From positions 34,348,001 through 34,412,000 of the forward strand of contig JAQFVV010000001.1 of NCBI GenBank assembly GCA_028023455.1: a stretch of 64,000 nucleotides of DNA, written 5' to 3'. Under the pieces are notes generated by a model. That model saw only the letters and a list, made by a program, of their open reading frames with translations, did not search any database and was not told the DNA's origin. Below, in pieces: positions 25,677-40,205 of the stretch. The position numbers were made by a program, and so were the translations under genes. The DNA is from Epiperipatus broadwayi. Taxonomy: Eukaryota > Animalia > Onychophora. The stretch's first letter is position 1. Every line of letters begins with the position of its first letter.

Positions 25677-28169
25677 TTATAGAGATATTTTAAATGCTTT
25701 CTCTTGCTAAGCATTTATCACAAAGCTTGTTGAGCAATTAGCAAAGCTCTTTGCTTAAACATTATTGTTTGTTTTTTTCTGTTATTTTAAAAATGTTTCA
25801 TTTTTATGTATTTTAATATTTTTTAAGATAACTTATAAGATATAATTTTTTCTTCTTTTGATCAATTATAAAGTAAAAATAATTTTCAATGAATTTTATC
25901 ATAATCCTACTAACATGTATTATATGGAATTTTCCAAGACTGTTCTGTGAATATCTGGGTCTTATTTTTTCACTCATTTTTTTTATAATTTTTGCCCAAA
26001 CACTTGAATTTTAGTAAGTCAATGAATTCATTAGCTAAAATAAATAACTGTATGTCTCTATATAATTCACATATTTTATTTTTAGCCTTAATTTTAATTT
26101 ATACTTGTGTTTTATGTTACTTTTTTAATCTTTTGAAGAAAGTTTATTGTCAGCTAAAAAAAAATTTCAGATTAATTCTGTCTTTAAATTATTGCATTAT
26201 CCCAATAACAAGTTGAAATTTTCAATTTATTATATGGGGGTGTGAATTAAGGGTGTTGACTGGTATCTTCTAGCAATAATAACTAATAAAACAGATTTAA
26301 TAAAGAAAGAATGCAAATTCTTATTATTTCATATATGAAAAATAGCATTTAGGATCTATATTAAATTATTGCTAATTATGTAAAAAAAAAAAATATATCA
26401 CAAATGTTCTTTTTTATATCTAAGTATTTTATTTTATGAACAAAATATTCTTCATTATTTTAACTCTTTTTAGCTTTTTTTTTTTTTTTTGGTACTTACA
26501 TGTAATCCCTTCACTGGAAGTTTTCTAGGTGTTTTTTTTAATTCTCCATTTACAGCTGTTGTATTTAATTTTTTTTTTTTTTTAAATATAAAAATACAGC
26601 AAATTACACCAAAGTGCCACAATTGATCATAATTAAAGTAAATTTAATATAACTGCAGTAAACATATAATAGTTACAATAAAACACTCTCCAGTCTATCT
26701 GCACAAGTCACTGAATAACTACTGCTGTGAAAATATTCTCTCCTGGTTATTATCTTGTAATTTTAGAGATACTCTACTGCATTTTCTTTTGTCAGTGGAA
26801 GATTCCACATTTTCATATTTTTGGCCATAATGCCCACCCACTCCCAAATAACAAAATGCAACCTGATAATCTTATGCTAAACATTAAAAAAAATCATGAC
26901 ATTTGCAACATGTTGTATGTTATAATAAATATAAGGAGAAAAATTAATTAAATCTTATGAATGGAATTTTTTAAGAGCTTTATTAATATTTTTAAACTTA
27001 ACAAGTAACACATGTTTGGTAAATATTTATAACAAGTATAAAGAAAAAAGAATTAATTAAATGTTGTGTATGGAATTTACAAGATATATTAATATTTTTT
27101 AAATTTAACAGGAATTTATAATCAATAAAAAAAACGTAAACAAATACTTGAATGCCCTTGAAAATGGATAATTAAAAAAACACTTGATAAACTTCAGCAA
27201 AGGGATTATTTGTAAAGTAGATTTTGCCCCTTCTTTCAATTTAAATGTGTATATTCTTTCTTACTCAGCCATTCAATTCTTCCAACTGATCATTAATATA
27301 AATTGACTTTTGAGGTATGTAATATTTGAATAATCTCTTTATTCAATCAATCCATTCCATCATCCTCCAGTTAGGCATACTAGATTTATAGAATCTATCA
27401 AAGATTAAGATTCTAATCTTTTTCATTAGTTCATTTTATAATTATAAAATTTGATGTCTGGTTAAAAGTTATTATCAAAATATGAGTCTCCAAGCCCACA
27501 TTGATAACTCATACTTGTGTTTCTTTACATATGTTTTTGCAATAGCGCAAATCAATAAATATCTATTTTCTTTATACCTACACTTGATCAAAGTTTGCAT
27601 GAGTTTTTTTCTACTTTTTATATCCTAAATGTAGACACTGCAGCATTTATAAAATAACATTAATATTACATTTAACAATAGAAATATAAATTAAGAAATA
27701 AACAAGTGATTACAATTATTAAAGAGATGAACTTCAATTAAAACGATCACTTTAATTAAATTCAAAATGTAATGACACAAATGTTTTCCACTATCTTAAA
27801 TACAATTAATAAAAAATGTGGATACTACAATAACGATAGCAAAAATTATTGCCTAGAAAATTATGTTTTAATTGGATTCCAAAATTACTGAATTTAAATA
27901 AAATTTCCTTAGCTTATCCAAACCTATTTATTAATATATGTATCTGCCTGAGTGTTGCTGTAATAACAGATTGGGATGTTCATATATTACCTGACCACAG
28001 ATTGCTAATATTCTATTTTTAAGCATTAGCTATGATGATGCTATGTGCACTTATGATTTATTATAGAATAAATATCAGATATGAATATTAACTTAAGAAC
28101 TAGCCATTATTGACTAACAAAATTTTTTATTTAGTACAACCAGTGAAAGACAATTTCTTATGCCATGTC

Positions 28170-28478
28170 TTAACATCTTTATTCATCTATCATTAAAACA
28201 TAACTTGGTTCTTAAGTTTTTTACACTAAATATACATTTCAATTGAAACATCTTAAGAATATAATTTTTTGCTACTTGGCTGGTATTAATATAAAATCAC
28301 TTTACATTGAATATCTTTTTTATGCAGTGGCATAACATCTTTATTCACATATCTTTAAAACATCGTGCAAGTTGATTATTAAGTTTTTTACACTAAATAT
28401 AATACACATTTCAATTTGAAATGTATAATTTTTCACTACGTGACTGGTACTAATATAAATTCATTTTACATTGAATAT
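28170..28478. repeat. Diverged tandem duplication, period ~163 bp
   Basis: taacatctttattca...taagttttttacactaaatata...ctggta(t/c)taatataaa...ttacattgaatatct occurs twice. Confidence 0.8.
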
Positions 28479-29954
28479 CTATAAATCTAATTGTTCAAGG
28501 CATATTATTCATTAAAATCATAGCACCTTGTTTTCTGACTTTATAAATACATAACTAGATTAGAAGAAGCTATTTATTATACAGGATCCATTCAATTGCT
28601 GAAACATATCTTTGAGGAAATGCCGTTAAAGTAATTTTGGAGACTAGAATATTCAATCATCTTGATCCCTTAAATATTCTGCAGCTAAAAATTATTTTTT
28701 TCTACAAACCTGACATATGTTCTAGGATGATGAATGCTTGTGATGTGATTGGGCTAAGATGAAAGATGCACTAAGATAAGAATATAATGTGAAAACATAT
28801 AAGATTAAATAGAAATCTATATTAAAACTTTACTCCAAAAATATACTTCATTGTAATGAATGAAAAAACTTTCATTTTTTTTTTTTTATTAGTGACTTCA
28901 AAATAATTTGTCTTTTTCCTTTATTCATATAAACATGCACACATTCTTATACATCTGTAAATGAAAATATAAGGCTTTATTTTATTAATTTTATTTTAAA
29001 ATGTCTTAATAATTTAAAAGATACTACACTATTCCAAATTTTAATCAATATTTAAAGTAATGCAATCTACCCTTATAAATTAAAAGATGCTCACTTGATT
29101 CGTGCACTTTGATATTTAAATATGCTCTCATTTAGTTCCTTTATATTTTTATTCATGAAGCTTCATATTAGTCTGCCAAAAATGTTATAGAATATAAAAT
29201 TAAAATCATGTCAAATGGCAGTAGATATGTACATGCATAATGTACAGAAAACTTGGAGAGAAAAAACACATTTTCAGGTGCCATCTACCCTCTAAGACAT
29301 GGCTACCAAATAAGTTGACAAAAATATTTGATGGTACGTTTTATTTTCTTTACTGTTTCTGTTAATTGATGGAATTAATTATTTTGACAAATCTTATTGT
29401 ATGCACATTTTTAATATTTCATATTATTGATAATAGTAATCACTAATTTAAAGAAAGTTTTAAAAAATATGAAAAATTATGAACCTACTTATATTTTCTT
29501 ACCTGGAATCTTTTTAGAACTATTTATAAAAATAAGATATTATTTCTTTAAGATTTTTATTTTATATCTCATTGATTTGGTCTTTGCTTTAACTGAATGT
29601 TTGTTTGTTTGTTTTTTTTTTAGTTATTTTTTGCTATTAAGCAATTTTGTCCATGCTTGAAATGTAGACAGCATTATTTAGCCTTTTTTTTTTTTTAATG
29701 TGATAATGTATGATAACATATCTTTAATACATTCTGGAGGTGATCTGATGAAGCTATTGCTTTGCGCCTTTCTTCACTATTTTGTAGTTATCTATGTCGT
29801 ATTTTTGCCAGTTTGTATTTAATGACAGAAATTGGGACAACTTATTAGTTAAAAAAAAAATTTTAGATGTTAGTATCTTGAAGATATCATGCAAATTTCA
29901 AAAGAGTCAGAAATGCTATTGACAATACCAATGATTGGTAGATTGCTGTCAAAC

Positions 29955-31684
29955 TTTGACTCGTGCAATTTATTCAGTAATAAATTATTGATGCATATAT
30001 GGCTAGTTTATGTCAATATTGCCTCTGTATATGGTAAAATGTTGTGGTTCAACAATTGAAAGAACTTACAAAAAGTAGCAAGATTGCAACCCTTGACCAT
30101 TTGTGTGAGCCAGTGGATAATGGTAATAGTGTGAAATTAATGGCGAAAAACAATATGGTGTAGCAAAATAGCTATAATTCAGTTTAATGTTAATAGTGCA
30201 GAGGAGTGGCAGGCATTTGATGGCTTCTTGAGAGATACATGATGATTAATACTGTAGATAACAAATTAAAAATCGCTACATTGATGGGAATCACAGTACA
30301 AAGAAGTTCTGCAAATAGCCAACCATATTTGTGACCCAACAGTGCCAGAGAATACACCATATGGGGAATTTGTAGAGCAGTTAAACACACTTCAAATCAA
30401 TTACCTGGAGATATATATAATCCATCAATGCTTCAGGAATAGTCTTTAGTTACTATGTGAAAACATACAAGTTATATGTGGAATTGCATAAATATGCAAA
30501 GGAATGCTATTTCAAAACTGAGCATAAAGATATGCTTCTAGATCAATTGCTATGGGATATGCATAGCAGTAAGCTCAGACAAATACTAATTAGTGAATCT
30601 ACATTAATGTATATCAGTGCTATTGGGGAAAAGGAATATATCTTTTGAGGCTGTCCTAGAAAATGCACAGAATTTCAAAATACAGCTGATCTTGAGATTA
30701 CAACAATCAGCAGAATTTGTGCACAACCTACAAATTGAAAGAGTACCGAATGAGGACTACATATATTATTGTTGCAGTGCTAAGGGACACATTAAAAAGT
30801 TATGTAAATTTAAAAATGAAAAATGCCTTACTTGTAGTCTCAAAAGATATTTACCCTCAGAAAAAGAAAAAAGATGATTTAGTTCTGGAATGTAAATTGA
30901 CTGGAGAAATCAGTACAAGTAAAACTAATATTAAGAAGATAAATGACAAAGATTGTAATTTATTGGATATGAAAATTTGCGAACAAAAAAATTTTTAATG
31001 AAAATTGACAGTAAGACAGGTGTGTTTTTATTTTACAAAGTTGATTGTATAACTATCACAAGATAATGTGAAAAACATATTCTAATAAATAAAATAGGCA
31101 TATTGGCAACAGTCATTTAATGGAAAATGGATTGATATAAATGGGATTACAACAATGCCAATTGAAATCAATAAGAGAGTAAAACATTTAACTTTGAATA
31201 TAATATCAAAGAATCCGAAGTCCCTGCAGCTGCTCATGTCAGATCTAGTAATACAAGCAGTTGATATACAGCTAATTAATAATACTCAGCCTGTTGTAAG
31301 TAGCCCAAGAAAAGTAAAATCTAAAGTGGAAGAGGCACTAGATGATTTAGTTAAGAGAGGCTAATTTTCATATTGAAAAGTCGGCTTGGGCAATACCCAT
31401 CACCATTATTTTAAAACCTGATGGGATGATTTGATTAAGTGACAACTAATGTGTAACTGTAAACAAAAATATAAACAAAGGAGCAAAATTACTCATGTTT
31501 ATATTTTATCAAGAGTATTAGATATGCGTGAACACAGATCACTGAAATGAACTATATAGATTCTATAAATCTGAAGTATTAGACAGTACATTTGTGGTTA
31601 AATGGACTAAGAATGCCCTAAATTCAACTAAGCTATATGGTTCACCCCATCTAGAATGCCTGTGAGAGTCTGTCCATGTGTAAC

Positions 31685-31725
<41 letters not shown>

Positions 31726-33430
31726 TTACAGACTGCATGTTGATCCAACTGAGGGTAGGAAATGCTGCTACATGAGGAATATCCTGGAATAGTTAGAACC
31801 AAAAAGTTGGCCATATCTTACATATAGTGGCCTACAATAAACCGCATTGTAGACCAAGTTGTAAAAGATGCAAAGGGTGTCAATCAACAGTGAGACTATA
31901 CAGGAAAGAATTGTAACTATGGCCATGAGCTACCCAGCTTTGGCAGAGTATTTATATAGTTCATGTCAGATTGTCCACAGATATATATTCCTAGTCATTC
32001 TAGACTCATTCCAAATGCATAAAATGAGTGGTCAAAAATACAAATGTAGAGAACTCAATAATGGTGTTAAAAGAATTATTTACTACTCTAAGACATGTTG
32101 TATTAATCATTTCTGATAATGACGCAGGATTTGTATCATTGCAATTTAAAGATGTTTCGCTAATAAGGGAATTCTACATATTGTAAACCCTCCATATCAT
32201 CCTGAGTGCAATGGATTAGCTGAAAAAAACCATGTAATAATTGAAACTTACATTGAATAAGATAAAATATATAGATATTCCTGAAGTGCTGATAATCACT
32301 ATACTGAAAAGAAGCTATGTAATACTTGAAGCTTACATCGAATAACATGAAAAGCTGATAAACCCTATATTATCAGCATTTCACACTGAGTACAGTCATT
32401 AGGAAAACATCAGCTGAACTGAAAATTTACATTTTTATGTTGAGCCCAAAAAAGAAGAGGGATATAAAATTAGAAAATGTCTAATTCATTCTACAAGAAA
32501 CAATTTTAATATGTGGTATGCTAAGAAAGAATTGATAAACAGGAAAAAGAAGTTAGAAGACACATTGATAATATTGGAAATAAGTGATTCACTTGATAAA
32601 ATAAATGAAAAGGGAGTTCTCCTGCATCTATTGTGTCTAATTTTACAATGAAGTTGATGGTGACTCATCTGAAACTCAAACAGAAGAGATATATACATCA
32701 GAATTAAATTAAATGATCTAGAGAAAGTCTAAATCCTCTTGATGTATCTGCAGAATCGAGCAGTGATCATCAGATTAAGGAAGAGTGGCCTGTATTTACT
32801 CCTAGATGTGTTAAAGAGCAAGAAGGCCAGAAAAGTTAAAAGATGATATATGTAATTGAATTGTGCATTATTTTCTAGAATGATGTGAAGTTGTTTCCAA
32901 CTAAATTGGTACATATATTTATAAAGTTGTTAATAAAATCTTTGTGTGAAGTGTGTATGTTGGTTGGTCATTAAGTAAGTAAACTACATTCTAGAAATTT
33001 TAAGTTATATCTATATGCAGGTTAATAAAAGCATGCTAATTTGCAAATGTATGCAAGTTTAGACTGATCATGCAAATTAATGAAACTACGATATAAACTA
33101 AAATTAGCTTGCATGTATGTGTGGTAGAGCAGGGCATTATTGAGCAGTAATGTGAAAGGCAGGCAGTTCATGAGAAGAATAGTACATTTTAATAAAGGGA
33201 TGGGAATGCATGAAGATTCTCTAAGTTCATCTACTTGTGTGTTGATTGTAAAACAATCAGCAAGGCAAGCTAGTTGAATTACTTAAGATATAGCACTTAT
33301 TAATATTTTATGTTTATAAAATAAATAAACTTATTTAAGTTTATTTTTTGATTCGTGTAATTTATTTCATAATAAATTATTAATATGTATATATAGCTTG
33401 ATTAACATCAAGATTGCCCCTGTATATGGC
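29955..33430 (+). mobile_element. Decayed, internally deleted Ty3/Gypsy LTR retrotransposon
   Basis: Gag-like YVELHKYAKEC.F...DMLLDQL at 30457, a CCHC knuckle (CSAKGHIKKLC), and RT-start-like WA.PI.IILKPDG near 31390. Integrase-like IISDNDAGFVSLQFK and PPYHPECNGLAEK lie at ~32100-32230, with a purine tract aaagggatgggaa near 33195. About 80 bp of LTR-like similarity links ~29957-30040 and ~33348-33430. Confidence 0.8.
31686..31721. repeat. (TA)18 microsatellite inside the Gypsy remnant
   Basis: Perfect TA run. Confidence 0.95.
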
Positions 33431-36400
33431 ACACATAACCTCCTTTATATTTGTACTTTCCACTTAAGCAATATTCAATATGTAAATAATTTTTTCATGC
33501 TTTTTATTATATCAATTTCTTATAATATTTTTCTATTAGAACATTATCTGTATCTGAATTTCTATTACTTAACAATTCATGAAAGTATTTTTTCTAAAAA
33601 AATTCTTTTTTAATATATATTTTACTAATTGTACATTATTTTGTTTATTGTAAAGTGAATTCTATTACATTCCATTTATATGTTTTATAAAGCAATCTTA
33701 TATTTTATTATCATTATTCAAAAATAACTCACATATCACATTCAAGATTTCTTTTACAGTGTTACTAAAATAATAAAGAATTGAAATTAAATGTGTGTGA
33801 AAAAGTGAATGACTTTAAATAAATTGATAAGTGACTATAGAAGGAAGAGATTAGAAAATAGTAATGGTATTTATATTGCAAATTATTTAGATTATAAAAG
33901 AGATAATAAAAATTAATTAAATTCTAGTTTTAACAACATTTAAAAGATAGAAATTTCCATATATTTTTTACATTTGCAAAAATTAATCTTAAATTTTGAA
34001 ATAAAAATGCTGAAAATGTTACAAAGTACAAGGAAAGAATGATTAATGTTCCATAAAGTAAAAGAACAATAAAGTTTTTAAAATTAGAATATTTTTAATC
34101 TTTTTTAAAATTTATTTACATTTCTTTATAAATAGTATAAAATATAGAAGTGTCTATCAGTCATTATTAATATTTTTTTATTATTATTATTATTATTGAA
34201 AACTGCAGTCTTTCAAACAACCAAAACAATTGATGATCTAAGTAGATCTTTGTTTATATGATTTTTTTTTGCCTTAAATATTATTTTCATATAATTGTTT
34301 TCAAATATTCATTTTATTACTAACATTGATAAAGAAAAAAACAAAATAAAATTCTTTCTAAATTTAGTCAGTTTATACTTGAATATATTTCAGATTTTGT
34401 TTTAATTCAAACAACTTTTAAAAAGGAATAAACTCTCTTAATTAAGAAATTACCAACATAGAAACACATTAATTGTCTGAGAAATTTTCAACAATAAATT
34501 AATAGAAAAATTTAAATTCATTTCTAAAAACATACTTTTAAATAATTTTTTTTATTGATTGCATAAAGATTATTTTGCTATTTTAACTTACAAAAAATAT
34601 TTATTATCAGATAATAAAGTAGTCATTTTGATAAGTTTTCTATAAGAAATAAAAACTGATTTGATATTTTAAATAAATTTTATCTTTGTTTAAGTCATTT
34701 ATAATCAATTTTGTTTAAAATTAAGATTTTAAATTACATATATTTATGTACATTGAAAGCTAATGTAAATATATGATTCATATTAATTGGCTTATTTCTT
34801 TATAGATTAATATTTAAAGATATAACTAATAAAAGTGATTATTGCGACAATAATTAATTAAAAATAGTTTTGTAGAATGATGTTTGTATAGTTATGCTAA
34901 AAAATGTAATCAATATAACAATTGAAAGTATACATAATCTAATTCCATTAAATTTATTGTAAAAGTTTGTCACATTAATTGACTTAATTATATATATATT
35001 GCTAAAATCAGCAGTTTATTCTGATGTAAAACGTGAGCATAGTGTGCAGGGATTGTTTTTAAAAAAAACTTTCAAATCTAACAAAGCAGGAAATTGGTGA
35101 TTTCTATTAATGAAAAGCTATGTAGAAGAAAGAAGTTAAAATATAAATTGTTCATTTTCGTTTATTCATAATTTGGTATATGTGTATGCCTGGGAATTTT
35201 TAAATTGTGAAAATATATTAAATTGGTTTTAGATTAGAAATGCCATTTACTTTTCACATGACTGCAATTATTAAACTTTTGGCTTTCACTATTTAAATAA
35301 ATGAATTGTTACTTTAACAAATTTTGCTTTCTTCCAGCCCTTTTATTTATTTATTAGTTTGGGTTTTAATTTATTATTAAGAAATTTTAATTATTTTAGT
35401 TTTTTTGTTTGTTTGTTTTATTTGCATATATATTATTTATTTTTATAATTTTTTTATTTATAATCATAGCAAAGAAGAATTAACATACTTAGATTTATTT
35501 TATAAGTTCTTTTTACTTATTTAAATATGAATATATATTGCCACATAAAATTTAGTGTGTTTGTTGTATGTGTATAATGTGTATATTTTTGTCTCGTGTG
35601 TGTTTGTATTATTAATATATATTTATATATATATATATGAATTATTGCTGTACATAGTTAAATAATGATAATAGTAAACTATCCAAAATAAAAAATTAAA
35701 TCTTATTTTATTATTTTTTTATCATCAACTTGAATATATAAATGTGCTACATTTCAGTAGTATAATTTTCACTATGCTTTTATGCAAGGTTGTGGAAGGG
35801 TATAATCATAAACATATGACCAATGTTGTGAAAAAATCTCTAGTCTAATAAATGAGTAATAAAAATTATTATGCTACAGTATGTGTCACATGTACACATA
35901 TATTGTAGCAGATAGATCCCAAACTCAATTACAGCCACATTGGAATGCCTTAGATGTCTAATTGCTATATCATGAATTCATCCTAATGTTGATGATTAGT
36001 AGATGCAAATAATATTTATTGTACATAACCAAATGTTGATATTTTACTACATACCTAATGAAAAGCTCTGCTGACATCTTCATATTTAAATATAATAACA
36101 AATTAAATTTACCTAGCATAATATTGCTTAGTACTTAGTTTATTGCTAGAACCAGTTATCATCATTGATTCACATCATTTGATTGTACATAATATGATCT
36201 CAATGTAGTAATGCTAATGAATAGCAATAATCATTATTATTTATTTATCTGGTATGAACATAAAAATAATATCTAAATCAAATCAGCAATATTTTGTTTT
36301 GAGGTTAAGAATGCTTTTATATTTTTTGACATTATCTCCTGGACTCAGCTGATTTGACTATCTTTATTAATCCTTAAATGTTTATTCTATTCTAATAAGT

Positions 36401-39400
36401 TAGTCTGGGTCCAGTACAATTTGGAAGCACTTTAAACTCTTCTCTGTACAATTGAATGATCCAAAATTGAATGTATAATAAATAAAATGTAATCTAATAT
36501 AATAAGATTGGGAATTGAATAGAGAATCAACATAACTAATGTTATCTAATTTTAAAATAACCATTCAATTCAATAATTTCAAGCATATTCAATATCGCAT
36601 TGCATTCCCTTCCTAATACAATAAATTATCTTTTCTTAATACTCATATTTATATTTGTCTGACTGAGATTAATGCCTTTTTTAATTCCTCCTTAATCACT
36701 TCAAAAATTTAAACACACACTGCACAAAATTATTTGTTAATTATATATATAAATAATTCATAAAATTTTCTGTTTAATATCTCTTAATATATATATATAT
36801 AATGATGAAAAGTCGCAAATTAATTTTTCTGTCATTAAAATATAGTTTATTAAAATATTTTAAATAACTATAATAAGGAAAATGTGAAATATATTTTAAG
36901 TCAATATCTTAGCAGAATTTCATTATTTATTATCTCTTATTTTTGTGTTTGTTATGTATGGTTAATTTTAAGAAACAATTTTGCTAGTATTCAAAATAAT
37001 GAGGTTTCTTTTTCTAAACAGCCGCCCCCTCCCCCCTTCGGGTTTTTTTCCCATTATCTTTACTTTTCTGAATTTTATTCTTTATAGATTTAATAAATAT
37101 TTTTCACATTTTTTTTATTAATTTATTTGCTGACTTTCATTTTTCCACAACTCTTTGGTATTATAGGATATCGACTCATTGACACATTTTATCATGTAGG
37201 GTAGACAATAAACATATTATAAAACAATTTTAGTCTCTATACCAATTATTCAACCAGAGATTATATTTCCAGATAGTGGTAATGACTTAATTAAGTATTG
37301 GAAACCAGAAAATCATTTTCTAATAAATATCGTAATTGCAATTGAATAATATTAGTGATAACTTACAGTTTTTAATGCTGGCTTAGATTTATTTCATCAT
37401 GAAATTTTATGTTAACTTCTTTTTTCTTAGAGTGACTTTTGTTAATTTTTAGCATTTGCTAGGTACTTGATATCTTCAAGAATCATCGATTAATGACTAT
37501 TTTACTTTTAACTGGTTCAATTCTCATTGCAACTTAATGCATCTGTCATTAACTAAAATTAAAGACAACTTTGTTTTTCATCTTCTTTTATACTTATTGT
37601 TCTCCCAGATGACAATAAATGTTGATATAAATTCGAAAACAAGATACTTGTTTTTTGAAAAAATATATTGATTTGTTTACCAATTGCATATTTGATTTTC
37701 AGACAGTTTTTTTTTTTTAGTAATAATTCATTTAATTAATAAATAACTGAATTCGTGCTTATTTTTTATTGATTTTAAACACTTTATAATTGAAATTTAA
37801 ACAAATTAACTCTTAAATTTCACAATTACGTGTACATAAAGTAATTAATAGAATAAAGAAGGATTATCTTTTTTTTTTTGCAAATAAAATTCATTTCATA
37901 ATATTCAATTTCTCACTAAAACTGTATTTGAAATACACTACTTATGAATTTTATACACTACAAAATTTTGTTTGTCACTGGCCATAAAAAATATGGACAT
38001 CCCCCCCCCCTTCCTCGTTTTTCTTATATCACAATAAATATTAATTTTAATCAATATTGCTTCATAATATTTTTATCATTTCTATTTATTCTTAAATTAA
38101 CTGAAAATTTGTCTGAATTTTTAAACTTATTCAAATGATTCAGAATTTCTGATAAAACTTTGTGTTTAAGACATTTTTTGTATTATCATACATATTGTGC
38201 ATACATTTACTTTTTTATGACATATTTCCTTGAAAAAATAAACAGAATATTTTTTCTCTCATAGAACTCAATCAAATGATTGTCAGGTGTCATATATCGC
38301 ACTAACACCTGCTTTAAAAAATGTTGATTACATTTTGTGCACTTCAACTTTTCTAAACCAAATGAACCTCTTCCCTGATTTGGAATATTTTATTTTAATT
38401 AACTATGTATCCAAATTTTAATTATCTGCTCATGGTTGTACAACTTTTGTGGATTTAAAATAATCTAGTTTAATATTTACGCAAATAGCTACATTTCAAT
38501 TAAAATTTACCCTGCATTCTAATCAAATATATCATAATGAAAAATATGTTTTTATAACTTAATTTAATGATTCTAAAATCTAAGATAATGCTCTCATTTA
38601 AAATATACTTGTTACAGTAAGTGATCAATATTAACCATCATTTATGCCAATAAAATGAGAACTATTGAGATCTATTAAAGTTTTACTATATGCAGATAAA
38701 AAAGTGGAAGGGAAAGAAATTAAATTTTTTAAATATGCCATTAATTTAATTTATAGATATTAAATGTTTTTGATATTTTCAATAAAATAAGAACAAAAGC
38801 TGTAACTTTTGTAACTCACTGATGTAACATTGTATTCTTATCAATAAAGTTTATGTTGAAAATAAAAAAGTTGAATCATTATTTTGTGAGACTGCTAGGA
38901 ACACTAATATCTTACTTTCAATTAGAAATAGTTATATTATATACTTCTTTATATTTTTAATTGTAGTCATAGAAATTACAAAAATCTAATTATTAGAAAA
39001 ATAAACACATGAGCTACAGTTATATAATTTTATGTTCTTTTCAAAATAATTTATTTAAGGAAATTTTTTTATGTCACATTCTTCAGCTGAAAAAAAGCAA
39101 ATGTTTAAAATAATAATCAGACACTAGAGAATTATTATATTAAGGGACAAAATGGTTTTATAAATAAAACATTCAGTTATATAAATAGTAGTAAATATTT
39201 TTTTTTACATTTTTATCATTTTTTCCTTTGATTATCCAGAAATACAAAATATAAATAATAGATACATTTTTTCCCCAAAAAATTTGATTTCTTCCCATTA
39301 CTAGACCATATCATTAATAAGGTCATTTAAATATTGTTTTCCTTTTTATATTTTATCCATTTTATATGACCATAATGAAAGATTCTAAAAATATATACAT

Positions 39401-40205
39401 GAAAAATAATGTTTTTAAAAAATATTCTCAATTAATAAATCATAATATATGTAAATTCATTTTCAATAATTAATACAGGAAATAAAATTTTGGTTAATAT
39501 AACACAAGGATTACATTTTTTGATTAAAAATATTTTATTCTCTTTTTAGATTTTGTTGTTTTAACTGTTTTCTGGAATGTAACATAATAATGTTTACTAA
39601 TGTTTCTGTGCCATTAATTATTATCATGTAGTAATATGTTAAGCATTTAGTTAAACTGCATCTATGGTTTTCAATTATTTTTATTTTGAATAGTTTCATT
39701 TTAATGCAAATGGTTCTATATTCCATTTTATTCATAAATGGCAAGAGTAATTAAAAATAAAGTATTAAAATTTGGAGTTGAGAAAAGAGTATATTTTCAT
39801 TGATTCATAATACAATTATAAAACTGGAATATTGTATAATATTAAAATATATAACTTTTGATGCCTGTTAGAAAATAAGATATTTTTTGCATTATTCTGG
39901 TAAAGTCAAATTGTATGCTCTTTTTTTTTTCTGATAATTTCATTATTTTTAGAATATTTGGAAAGTAATTTTAATTTTTCTTTTTTGTCATAAACTCAAT
40001 GCAAGTTGAAGACTTCATAAATGATTTGAACTTGATTCTAATTATATTTAGCAATAGAGAAATAATTACACTACTGTTTTTCATAGATTATTTTTTACGA
40101 CACTCTTAGAATAGTTAATCCTCTTACTTTACTTTACACTTTCCTTCTTATCTTTACATTTTTCTATAAACTTTTATCTTTATATGTTATAATTGTACTT
40201 CTAAG

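Larger units (their letters stand above)
24188..25753. mobile_element. Retrozyme-like insertion: ~428-bp hammerhead-containing units as two tandem arms in inverted orientation, with a 13-bp target-site duplication
   Basis: Unit starts agtcaataaaaaaa at 24190 and 24618. The inversion centre is near 24872 and reverse-complement units run to 25753. CTTAAACATTATT flanks the element directly at 24175-24187 and 25754-25766. Confidence 0.85.

Noticed and set aside
24188-25753. CRISPR-like or Foldback DNA transposon reading of the inverted array
   Set aside because: Eukaryotic context with no repeat-spacer pattern. The arms are asymmetric, and the hammerhead per unit plus 13-bp TSD fit an RNA-derived insertion better.
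26690-26870. Minus-strand MWNLPLTKENAVEYL as a Merlin/IS1595-like or THAP transposase start
   Set aside because: Too short and stop-interrupted to assign without a search.
29744-29765. CTGATGA followed by a small stem (agc tatt gct)
   Set aside because: No GAAA or stem III follows, so this is a chance match.
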